DNA from: an uncultured virus (IMG/VR IMGVR_UViG_3300039099_000002)
Lineage: Duplodnaviria > Heunggongvirae > Uroviricota > Caudoviricetes
DNA: 64,000 nucleotides
Strand: one strand, 5' to 3'
IMG/VR virus record: IMGVR_UViG_3300039099_000002
Position 1 is the first letter of the stretch, and each line of letters opens with the position of its first letter. The notes under the pieces were generated by a model. The model made no database searches, had not been told where the DNA came from, and was given only the letters and a program-made list of their open reading frames with translations. The position numbers and the translations under genes are program-made. Positions 32,974 to 41,239 of this stretch are shown here, piece by piece.

Positions 32974-33165
32974 GCGGTTGATATTGATCAACCGCTGGCA
33001 AAACTAACCAAAATAGACACAGATTTAACGTCTGTGTCTATTTTGGTGGGAATTTTTGGCAGAATTATAGCAAAAACCTCGATTTTTTCATTTTGTGTGC
33101 TTGTTTAGGCACAAGCAAAAGCAATGTAATACATTTGTAGTTTTAGACTAGTCGCACATAAGAGG

Positions 33166-33297
33166 CTGAAACCCCTATTCTCTCGTTAAAAAATCTGTGG
33201 CGGATTATAACATAAGGCGTGTCAAAAGTAAAGGGAAGATGCAAAGAAAAAAGGGCAGTTTCCTATAAGAAAGTGATCATCTTCCCAACTTTATTTT
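33166..33297 (-). repeat. Dispersed element copy E: head only, reverse orientation, about 200 bp after the rep gene
   Basis: Reverse complement of gggaagatgatcactttcttataggaaactgcc...ttataatccgccacagattttttaacgagagaat. Confidence 0.92.
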
Positions 33298-33515
33298 ATT
33301 TTTTTGATAAATAGCTGTCGCCAATCATGTAGTACAAAACCATCGTTCCGTGAAGCTATCGCCCCAGTTTTGGGGTGTGTGAGGCGATCGCCCCCAAGTT
33401 GGGTAAACTATAAAGCCGTCAAATTATGCGCCAACGACGAGCGAACACCCCGACACAACTTTTTGACAATATGTAAAACAATGCTATACTGTTAGAGACA
33501 AAAGAAAATAGTATT

Positions 33516-33881
33516 ATGCAGAAAATTAAGACAATACCGTTATCAGAAATCAGGAATAGTCTGCCTAAATTCAGAAGACAGGTTCAACTTGGCAACATTA
33601 TCATCTTGCCTACTTTCTACGGGGATGTTGTGGGAGTATTTGTAAATTTGTCGTCCGCCGAAAATCTATCTATTAAGACTTCGACACAATTGTCAATAGG
33701 CGAGTTTCGGACTAATATTACCCAGTGCTGGGAAAGGCTGCAAGCTGAACTTGATTGCTTCTACCTAACAAGCCATTTGCGAATGGTGATGGCCTTTGTC
33801 TCGCCAAAGTACATCTCAGATTTAAGAATAGATTTGCCAATAAATATACTGGATTGTGGATTGTCAGTAACTCAGCCCTAA
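33516..33881 (+). CDS. Hypothetical protein with two Phd/YefM-like repeats; the last codons derive from the transposon end
   Basis: IPLSEIRNSL and LSIGEFRTNI repeats. Confidence 0.55.
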   Translation: MQKIKTIPLSEIRNSLPKFRRQVQLGNIIILPTFYGDVVGVFVNLSSAENLSIKTSTQLSIGEFRTNITQCWERLQAELDCFYLTSHLRMVMAFVSPKYISDLRIDLPINILDCGLSVTQP

Positions 33882-33946
33882 AGGGACTGAGCTTGTAAGA
33901 AATTCCAGGCTGTACTGTCCAAATTATGATTTCGTCAACTACTACG
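33863..33946 (+). mobile_element. Left end / 5' part of an IscB-IsrB omega (HEARO-like) RNA
   Basis: GTCAGTAACTCAGCCCTAAAGGGACTGAGCTTG...CAGGC..TACTGTCCA...CTACG architecture. Confidence 0.7.
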
Positions 33947-34233
33947 CCTCCCTATTGTAGAGGTTGTGTTCACTTGACTTCAATAATGAGCAAAATTTAA
34001 AGTTATGCTCATTATTGAAGCTTTATGCCATTTCCGCTATCCCAATTTGTGAAGATGACGGTTCATGCAAACTTGTTGAAGATTGAAATAATTATTAATC
34101 TATAGTTAAAATTAACTACTCTCTTTACAGATATGTAGAGAAATATGAGCGCAGTTGATGAAATAAAAGCTTGACTTTATTATCAACTTTGAGTTAATAT
34201 TGTGAAAGACAGAAAACACAAAAAACACAAAAA

Positions 34234-34944
34234 ATGACAACAACAAATCAAGACAAGTCCAAAATTGTAGCAAGAATTAAAAAGTTACTAAAGCTTTCGC
34301 AGTCTTCAAATGAAAATGAGGCTCTTCGCGCAGCTTTAAAAGCCCAAGAACTTTTAGTTTTTCATAACATATCGCTTTCTGATATTGACAACGAAGATAA
34401 TAATGTAATTGAACATAAAGTTGAGGCATTTGGGAATATCCCAATGTGGAAGAAAGCACTGCTGTTTGCGATCGCGTCATCAAATTTTTGTGTACCAATC
34501 GTTAAATCTTTGGGTGAAAAAAGAAAGTGTGTTTTTTTTGTTGGTAAACCAGCAAACTCTATTATTAGTGAAATACTGTATTCGTATCTAAGAAATGAAA
34601 TAGAGAGGCTTGCTAGACTTTTGGTAGACAAATCTCATACATACAAAACAAATTTCATGCTTGGGTGTGCAATTAGAGTATCTCAACGATTACAAGAAGA
34701 ATTAAAACAACAAGAAGAAAACGGTATACACTCTGGCACCGACTGTGTCTCTGCAATTGTAGTATCTTCGTTGCACAAAAAAAATACTGCTGAGATTGAG
34801 GTTTATTTAGAAAGTAAAAAAGTAAAAAAAGGCAGGAAAAACAAACCACAAATAAAAGATACTGCTTCCGCGATCGCATACAGAGACGGGTTTGATGCTG
34901 GTGATAAAATAAATTTAAATAAGCAGATAAAAGGAGCGGAATAA
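34234..34944 (+). CDS. DUF2786-domain protein
   Basis: IVARIKKLLKLSQSSNENEALRAALKAQELL. Confidence 0.85.
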   Translation: MTTTNQDKSKIVARIKKLLKLSQSSNENEALRAALKAQELLVFHNISLSDIDNEDNNVIEHKVEAFGNIPMWKKALLFAIASSNFCVPIVKSLGEKRKCVFFVGKPANSIISEILYSYLRNEIERLARLLVDKSHTYKTNFMLGCAIRVSQRLQEELKQQEENGIHSGTDCVSAIVVSSLHKKNTAEIEVYLESKKVKKGRKNKPQIKDTASAIAYRDGFDAGDKINLNKQIKGAE

Positions 34945-35048
34945 TGATGGAGAAAATATACAAGAATTAGCTAAAGCCAGAGAATTTTTTAATTGCTTCC
35001 TCGCTGCAAGATAGTCTTAGTTTTCTGTATCTTGGTGATTTTCAAGAA

Positions 35049-35315
35049 TTGGGATTTGGCGATGAATTTGTTGATAATCGGTGTATTTCAGTCTGTATTG
35101 AGTCTGATCTATTTGTCTACAACATAGATTTTGACAAATATAACTATGACAATGATGGCGAGAACAGCATTACTAGCGATGAAGCGGACGCTTTAGCAGA
35201 AAAGGAGCTTGATAATATTTGCGATGCGGTAATAAATATTATCACAAGAATTATTAATGAGCATCATAAAAATAATCCGGCAAAATTTGTGCAGATATGC
35301 CTAGCTGTTATATAA
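35049..35315 (+). CDS. Hypothetical protein or remnant
   Basis: Acidic ORF with a TTG start. Confidence 0.4.
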   Translation: MGFGDEFVDNRCISVCIESDLFVYNIDFDKYNYDNDGENSITSDEADALAEKELDNICDAVINIITRIINEHHKNNPAKFVQICLAVI

Positions 35316-35624
35316 TAGTGTTTTGCAGTCATTTCTTTAGGTGGCACACCCATCGTGCCACCTATTTTTAATTAACATTGTGATATGGGCAGTCGCTGGT
35401 CAGAAAAATAAATTCAAATATTTGAGGACAATATCGGCTTTCTTCCTCTTGAAAAAATAGTTTTAGCCCCTAAAAAAGTGGGTTCACAAGAACAAGAGAG
35501 ATTGAGCCGATTTTCCTCTTAGATTATTTTTCACCCAACAGACTAAGCAAGTTCCAAACATCTATTAAAAAAGTTTTTACATCTTTTAAAATTGCAAAAA
35601 CAATAAAATGCTTGGAAGTTTCCG

Positions 35625-35861
35625 CTACTTTCCCAAGACTTCAACCACAAGCCATTTACGATCAAAGCTATCAATAACTTTTTTCGCGTCCACTTTCATA
35701 CCCTGTAGTCTGCAAACTACCTCTAATCTATCTGTAAGGCGGATATGTTTGTTGCTATAAAAATCTGCTTTAGGTAAGTGAATGAATGTTTTTTCTAGTC
35801 CGCTTTTTAATTGAGAGATAGTTTCCTTAATTAAAATTGTTTGGTCTTCGATGTTTGACAT
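35625..35861 (-). CDS. Hypothetical protein
   Basis: ORF with AC-rich leader. Confidence 0.6.
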   Translation of the reverse strand: MSNIEDQTILIKETISQLKSGLEKTFIHLPKADFYSNKHIRLTDRLEVVCRLQGMKVDAKKVIDSFDRKWLVVEVLGK

Positions 35862-35956
35862 AATTGTGTTTTTTGGTTTTTATTATTTTATAACAAAAGT
35901 GGAACTATGTACACTAATTTTATGATATTATTAATTGATAATTATTAACAACATCT

Positions 35957-36880
35957 ATGAACAATCGAAAAATTGACAATTCCAAAATAAAGGTTTTAAA
36001 TCTTTTTCAATATCAAGGACGCTCAAAAAGCCCACTAAGATATCCTGGTGGAAAGCAGAGGGTTATCAAGTACCTAAAAGAGTGTTTCCCCAAGGAGTAT
36101 AAAGAATATCGTGAGCCGTTTTTAGGTGGTGGTTCTGTATTTCTTGAGGTGAAATCACAGCAAAAATGTGACAAATTTTGGGTAAACGATTTAAACAAAG
36201 AGGTTTATTTTTTTTGGCAACAGGTTCAATCAAATCTCTCTGCACTTGTTGATCGGGTCGCCAGCATTAAAAAAGAATCACACAATAGAGATGGGCGATC
36301 GCTTTGGATAGATTTGGTGTATTCTAATCCCCAAAAAAGCGGATTCATTGATATCGAGAAATTGACACCACTGGAACGCGCTGCTAGATTTTTTGTTTTA
36401 AATAGGACTACTTTTAGTGGAACAATAGAGTGTGGCGGATATTCTCAATATGCATTTGACAAAAGATTCACGGACTCGTCCGTCGAGCGATTAGCGCAGA
36501 TGTCTGGGACTTTTAATGAAGCGCAGATTACCTGTGTTGATTATAGCGAAATGCTTTTAGATGGTGGCAGCGATGTGTTTACATTTTTAGATCCGCCATA
36601 CCACAAAAACAAAAATAGCCGTCTTTACGGGCGTAAGGGCGGATTACTACATTTATTATTTAATCACGCCTTACTGGCGGAGAATTTGAAAAAATGTCAA
36701 CATCAGTGGCTTCTTACTTGTGACGACTGCAAAACTATTAGAGACTTATTTAGTTTTGCGAATATAAAAGAATTTGAGATCCGCTACTCAATTAATAATG
36801 TGGACAAGCAATTTATAACCCCAAACAGAGAGCTTTTAATTTCAAACTACGATTTCACTTGTATGTATTTAATGTCATAA
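35957..36880 (+). CDS. Dam-family (D12 class) DNA adenine methyltransferase, orphan
   Basis: SPLRYPGGK, EPFLGGGSV, NDLN and FLDPPY motifs. Confidence 0.92.
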   Translation: MNNRKIDNSKIKVLNLFQYQGRSKSPLRYPGGKQRVIKYLKECFPKEYKEYREPFLGGGSVFLEVKSQQKCDKFWVNDLNKEVYFFWQQVQSNLSALVDRVASIKKESHNRDGRSLWIDLVYSNPQKSGFIDIEKLTPLERAARFFVLNRTTFSGTIECGGYSQYAFDKRFTDSSVERLAQMSGTFNEAQITCVDYSEMLLDGGSDVFTFLDPPYHKNKNSRLYGRKGGLLHLLFNHALLAENLKKCQHQWLLTCDDCKTIRDLFSFANIKEFEIRYSINNVDKQFITPNRELLISNYDFTCMYLMS

Positions 36881-36918
36881 AAAACAGCGATCGCGTAGCA
36901 CTGTGCGATCGCTGTTTT
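36881..36918. terminator. Bidirectional terminator hairpin built from two HIP1 sites
   Basis: aaaacagcgatcgc...gcgatcgctgtttt. Confidence 0.7.
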
Positions 36919-37066
36919 GTTTACAGGTCAAAATTTTAAAAATAGATCGGTAATATAAGTCCTAGCTAGTCTCACCTTGTGACGAGGGGCGATTATCGAG
37001 TGGGTTTCCGATTTCGTGTTTGCGTTCCATCCTCCCTTGGGGATTGAACCCAACCTCTAGAACTTA
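36881..37066 (-). ncRNA. Candidate ~185-nt ncRNA containing a tRNA-like T-arm
   Basis: Promoter TTGACA-N17-TATTAT (37101-37073); TTGGG-TTCAATC-CCCAA at 37053-37037; terminator at 36881-36918; only a 22-codon ORF. Confidence 0.4.
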
Positions 37067-37197
37067 ATATCTATAATACTGCGGCACACTATATTTGTCA
37101 ATTATTAAATTATTTTTATTAAATAATCGCTTGACTTTTTTTGTTAACCATAGTATTATAGACATATAAACAAAAACACAAAAAACACAAAAATACA

Positions 37198-37674
37198 ATG
37201 ACCACTACAACAACAGTAAAAACCAAAAAAGCGGTAGTAAGAATTGGCGGAGCGATTGAAAAGACATTTAATGAAGCGTACGAAGCGGCTTGGTTTGCGA
37301 GATTTTTGATTACAAACGGCACGAAAAGAGAAAACATAAAAGTTAGTTGGGAATACGCAACAACGCCCCAAAAGGCAATAACAAATGGGCTAAACGTTAC
37401 CCAAGACGTTGATGGCAGAGAAATATATAAAACCCTGCTCAGAGCGTTCGCTGATTATTACGTCCAAATTGATTTGACAGACCTAGATCACAAAAATATT
37501 TGGTATAAAGAGTACGACTTGAAAACCAACGAGCGCATCGGCTTTGAAAGCCTCAGAACTGCAACAGAGCTAAATCCAGGCGAAGGTAGACCAACTAATT
37601 CACACAGAGCGATAATGTCTCAGGCAAAATGGGATATATACGAATCAGTGGGCAAAATGCTGGCGAATATCTAA
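37198..37674 (+). CDS. Hypothetical protein
   Basis: Follows promoter 37131-37159 and an AC-rich leader. Confidence 0.75.
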   Translation: MTTTTTVKTKKAVVRIGGAIEKTFNEAYEAAWFARFLITNGTKRENIKVSWEYATTPQKAITNGLNVTQDVDGREIYKTLLRAFADYYVQIDLTDLDHKNIWYKEYDLKTNERIGFESLRTATELNPGEGRPTNSHRAIMSQAKWDIYESVGKMLANI

Positions 37675-37865
37675 ATATCAATTAGCAGGGAATACAAATA
37701 AAAATTTTCCCTACCAATAAAAACAATCTATGAAATATTTACACGACAACGCTGAAGACCTGTTCTCTATAGCGATCGCCGCAATCAATGGGCAGATAGA
37801 CGAATCCTTTATTCCGCTGTTTATTCGCATTACAATTTCGTTGTTTTAGATAAGGGAAAACCAAA

Positions 37866-37912
37866 ATATTAACTTAATATTGCTTGACAAAATATCAATA
37901 TTGAGTTAATAT
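37866..37912 (+). promoter_or_regulatory. Promoter TTGACA-N17-TAATAT with paired palindromic operators
   Basis: Boxes at 37866 and 37898. Confidence 0.7.
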
Positions 37913-37950
37913 AGTTATATAAACAAAAAAACGCAAAAACAAAAAAACGT

Positions 37951-38469
37951 ATGACACACACAAAGAAAATGATTAATTACAGACCCGCTGGTACAAACCT
38001 TTTCCTAGAAAAAACTGAGTCAATTGTAAACGCTGTAAATTGTCAGGGCATATCTGGTTCAGGCATAGCATATTTTGTTTCCATCAAGTTTCCCAAAGAA
38101 ACCAAAGTTTACGAAAGAATGTGCGCCGATAAGGCGATCGCGCCTGGGATTGTCGGTGTAATACCCGCGAAACCAACCGCAGGAAACCCAAACATCAAAT
38201 ACATTTTCGCGCTCCCCACAATCGGCACATTTCAAGAATTCAATAAGCTAGATTACGCAGGGAAATTGAACCTTGTAAAAATTGGCTTAGAGGATTTGAG
38301 ACGGGTGTTGCTAACCATGCCCGAATTAAAATCAATATCTATCCCTGCCCTTGGGTGCGGTGTAGCTGGGCTAAAATGGGGCGATGTGAAACCTATTATC
38401 GAGGAGTTTTTGAGCGATGTACCACAAGATGTATTTGTAATTGAACCCCGCGACAAGGGCAAGGAATAA
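37951..38469 (+). CDS. Macrodomain protein (DarG-like ADP-ribose hydrolase)
   Basis: IVNAVNCQGISGSGIA...FP; SISIPALGCGVAGLKW..VKPII. Confidence 0.88.
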   Translation: MTHTKKMINYRPAGTNLFLEKTESIVNAVNCQGISGSGIAYFVSIKFPKETKVYERMCADKAIAPGIVGVIPAKPTAGNPNIKYIFALPTIGTFQEFNKLDYAGKLNLVKIGLEDLRRVLLTMPELKSISIPALGCGVAGLKWGDVKPIIEEFLSDVPQDVFVIEPRDKGKE

Positions 38470-38563
38470 GAAACAGGTCTAATTATCAATGCGGTTAAAA
38501 CCGCGCGTGTCGTTTCCCTCTCGGCACTAAAGTGACTGAGTTTCACACTTACCAGGAGTTCTT
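38470..38563 (+). mobile_element. 3' remnant and right end of an IscB/IsrB-type element
   Basis: Coding-like remnant TGLIINAVKTARVVSLSALK*; hairpin ctcggcactaaagtgactgag mirrors the left-end hairpin; followed by ATGA. Confidence 0.65.
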
Positions 38564-39457
38564 ATGAAAACAATCATATCTCATCAAGACAATTTAAGCT
38601 TTTTAATTAACGCTGCCAAAAAAAATAGAATTGCGTCTGCATATCTATTCACCGGGCGCAAAGGTGTTGGTAAATTTACAGTTGCCAAATCTTTCGCCAA
38701 CACCCTAACAAAAAATCCAATGGCGGACATACATATTGTTGCTCCAACATACACAGAAGATGGTGAAATTTTAACTATTGAAGAGGCTTTTGAAAAAGGA
38801 TTAAATAAAAGAACAAAACCAGTTATTAGAATTGAGCAAATAAGGGATCTGGACGGTTTTATCTCTCGCAGACCTTTGGGCATCAGCAATAATTATGGTT
38901 TCCCATCCAAAAATATTGTCATAATTGATGACTGCCAAGAACTAAAGGAAGATAGCATGAACGCATTGCTTAAAAACCTAGAAGAGCCAGGCGCACACAC
39001 GGTTTTTATCCTCGTTGCTTCTGGCAAGGTTTCTGACACAATATCCTCAAGATGCCAAGTTTTAAATTTCAGCAGACTTTCAAAAGAAAATTTGCTGGAA
39101 ATTGCAAAAATTAATTTTTTAGACATCAATGATAATATTTTGAACATTTGTGACGGCAGTTATGGTGACGCGATCGCCATTAAAGCCGTACTAGAGGAAG
39201 TGCCGGAACAAATTATTTGTTCCGCTTCAACAATACCAACAAAAGTTATTGATTGCTTACAAATTGCAAGAGACATTTCTGCGCTTTCTAGTAGTCAACA
39301 AATCGTGCTAATGGAGTACGCGGTTAGCATGATTTGGATGACTTATTTCAACATGGGGTTTGTCACTATTTTTAACGACTCAATTAATAAGCTAAAAAGC
39401 GGAATGCAGTCGCGCTTAACTTTGGAGGCACTTTACCTAAGCCTATTGAATACATAA
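38564..39457 (+). CDS. holB: DNA polymerase III delta-prime subunit (clamp loader)
   Basis: AYLFTGRKGVGK, IRIEQIR, IIDD, NALLKNLEEP and TISSRCQ motifs. Confidence 0.88.
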   Translation: MKTIISHQDNLSFLINAAKKNRIASAYLFTGRKGVGKFTVAKSFANTLTKNPMADIHIVAPTYTEDGEILTIEEAFEKGLNKRTKPVIRIEQIRDLDGFISRRPLGISNNYGFPSKNIVIIDDCQELKEDSMNALLKNLEEPGAHTVFILVASGKVSDTISSRCQVLNFSRLSKENLLEIAKINFLDINDNILNICDGSYGDAIAIKAVLEEVPEQIICSASTIPTKVIDCLQIARDISALSSSQQIVLMEYAVSMIWMTYFNMGFVTIFNDSINKLKSGMQSRLTLEALYLSLLNT

Positions 39458-39461
39458 GAAT

Positions 39462-39656
39462 ATGGAGAATACTGAGACGACAGAAATATGCCTTATAATT
39501 TCTGATGTTGTGACACCAGAAAATGCAAATAACAAAATTTTAGAACACTTAGCGCAAAGTCCCAAGAGGATATTGGTAAGACCTGTTGACGAAAATAGGG
39601 TTGTTGTCACCGCAGAATACACACAAACACTTCAAGAAATAATTGAGTATTTTTAA
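39462..39656 (+). CDS. Small hypothetical protein
   Basis: Fills the gap between holB and holA. Confidence 0.55.
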   Translation: MENTETTEICLIISDVVTPENANNKILEHLAQSPKRILVRPVDENRVVVTAEYTQTLQEIIEYF

Positions 39657-39658
39657 TT

Positions 39659-40663
39659 ATGTCCAGAAAAACAGCAGAGCCAAAAGCGAAAAAAGAGTCA
39701 GCAAAAAAACCGCCGGCTAAAAAGCGAGATATAGGGGCAGATGGTGGTAAAATTTTTATTTTGTGGGGTAACGACGAGTTTTTAATAAACAAGAAAGTAA
39801 AAACATTTTCTGATTCGGTTTCTGATTTTAGGGAATTTAACTTCAATGAGGTTTCTGATATTTCGGATGGTTTAACAACCGCGCTAGAAGCACCATTTGG
39901 TTCTCTAAATAGAGTTGTTATTGTTAAGCAAACGATAAAAGCTGATGACATAGATTTGTTTGAGAGATACCTGCCAATCCCCAAAACATCAACATTGGTA
40001 ATTGTGTGCGACAGCAAGCCAGACGAGCGCACAAAAGTTATCAAACTCCTGAAAACTCAGGGCGAAATAATTGGGTATGAAATAATACCAAGTTGGAAAG
40101 AAGACGATATTCGGCGACATATTTTGAAGGTTTCGCAGCACCTTGAGATAAAAATATCCAGCGATGGTATTGACGCTCTAATGGCTGTCACAGGTTCGGA
40201 CACCTATCGCATTGTTTCCGAGCTTGAAAAGCTATTTATTTACAAAAACGGTGGGTTGATAGAAAAAGCGGACGTGATGGAAATGCTGCCAGACATATCT
40301 GGTAATATTTTCAAGTGCATTAGTGCGATCGCAGCAGGTGAAAAACAAAAGGCGTTGATTTTAATTGATGCGCTTTTTCAGGCAAATGAACATCCGTTGA
40401 AATTGCACGCAGCGATGGCTTCAACGATTAGGACGTGGCTGTTTGTAAAAGAGTTGATGGGTAAAACTGACAACATATCAATTGCGACTGAGGCGGGTAT
40501 AGGCAATCCACAAAGAGTCTATTTTCTATCTCAAGAGGTAAAAAATATTAAACTAGAATGGATTGTGAAATGCTTAATGGGATTAAGCGATCTTGAATTT
40601 AAACTCAAGCGTGGTGGTGGAGAATTAGACTTTAAAGTGTTTATTTCTGAAATGTCGCAATGA
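39659..40663 (+). CDS. holA: DNA polymerase III delta subunit
   Basis: LWGNDEFLI, PFG...RVV, KPDERTK, SELEKL, NEHPLKL and GIGNPQRVYFL motifs, typical of cyanobacterial HolA. Confidence 0.85.
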   Translation: MSRKTAEPKAKKESAKKPPAKKRDIGADGGKIFILWGNDEFLINKKVKTFSDSVSDFREFNFNEVSDISDGLTTALEAPFGSLNRVVIVKQTIKADDIDLFERYLPIPKTSTLVIVCDSKPDERTKVIKLLKTQGEIIGYEIIPSWKEDDIRRHILKVSQHLEIKISSDGIDALMAVTGSDTYRIVSELEKLFIYKNGGLIEKADVMEMLPDISGNIFKCISAIAAGEKQKALILIDALFQANEHPLKLHAAMASTIRTWLFVKELMGKTDNISIATEAGIGNPQRVYFLSQEVKNIKLEWIVKCLMGLSDLEFKLKRGGGELDFKVFISEMSQ

Positions 40664-40868
40664 CACCGCAGGAACATTTTACGAACCAGGTAAAATAAGT
40701 GCTGATGATTTGGCTAAACTAGAAGAATTGGGATGGAGGGAAGATTCTGATAGCTGGGGTCATCGCTGCTAAATCGCAAGCCAACCATAAAATTTTCTTC
40801 ATTTTCTCCCCTTATAAAGACTAAAAAACATTAGCTAATATGCAGTCATATTAGCTAATGTTTTTATT

Positions 40869-41219
40869 TTACTCGTCCAACTCCCAATCGTCTCCAAATA
40901 GCAAAGTTCCGATATACATCCCACGCTTTTGCATAAGACAAAGATATGCTTGTCTGATAATATTTCCAGACAATTCTAAAACAGGAAGATCAAGCCAAAG
41001 ATTAAACTCCTCTGAAGTAACTAACACCAATTGACTATCAATTGGTGGCTTTATTTTAGCGTCTGACTCTTCCTTCGATGTGTATATAGAGATATATATA
41101 TTCGCAGTTTTTGAATCAAAACCATATTGAATTGACGAAATTCGCAAATATCCTTGTTGGTACGATTCATTGCTGGTCGAACTAACAAAACTTGAGCCAT
41201 CTTTTAATACTAAAGCCAT
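40869..41219 (-). CDS. Hypothetical protein after the tail fibre (possible chaperone)
   Basis: Position in the tail operon. Confidence 0.55.
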   Translation of the reverse strand: MALVLKDGSSFVSSTSNESYQQGYLRISSIQYGFDSKTANIYISIYTSKEESDAKIKPPIDSQLVLVTSEEFNLWLDLPVLELSGNIIRQAYLCLMQKRGMYIGTLLFGDDWELDE

Positions 41220-41239
41220 AATATTCCTCTGTTTTTTGA

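Noticed and set aside
37030..37066. Complete tRNA or permuted tmRNA gene
   Set aside because: Only a T-arm and an acceptor-like strand are visible, with no D arm, anticodon arm, CCA or tmRNA acceptor sequence
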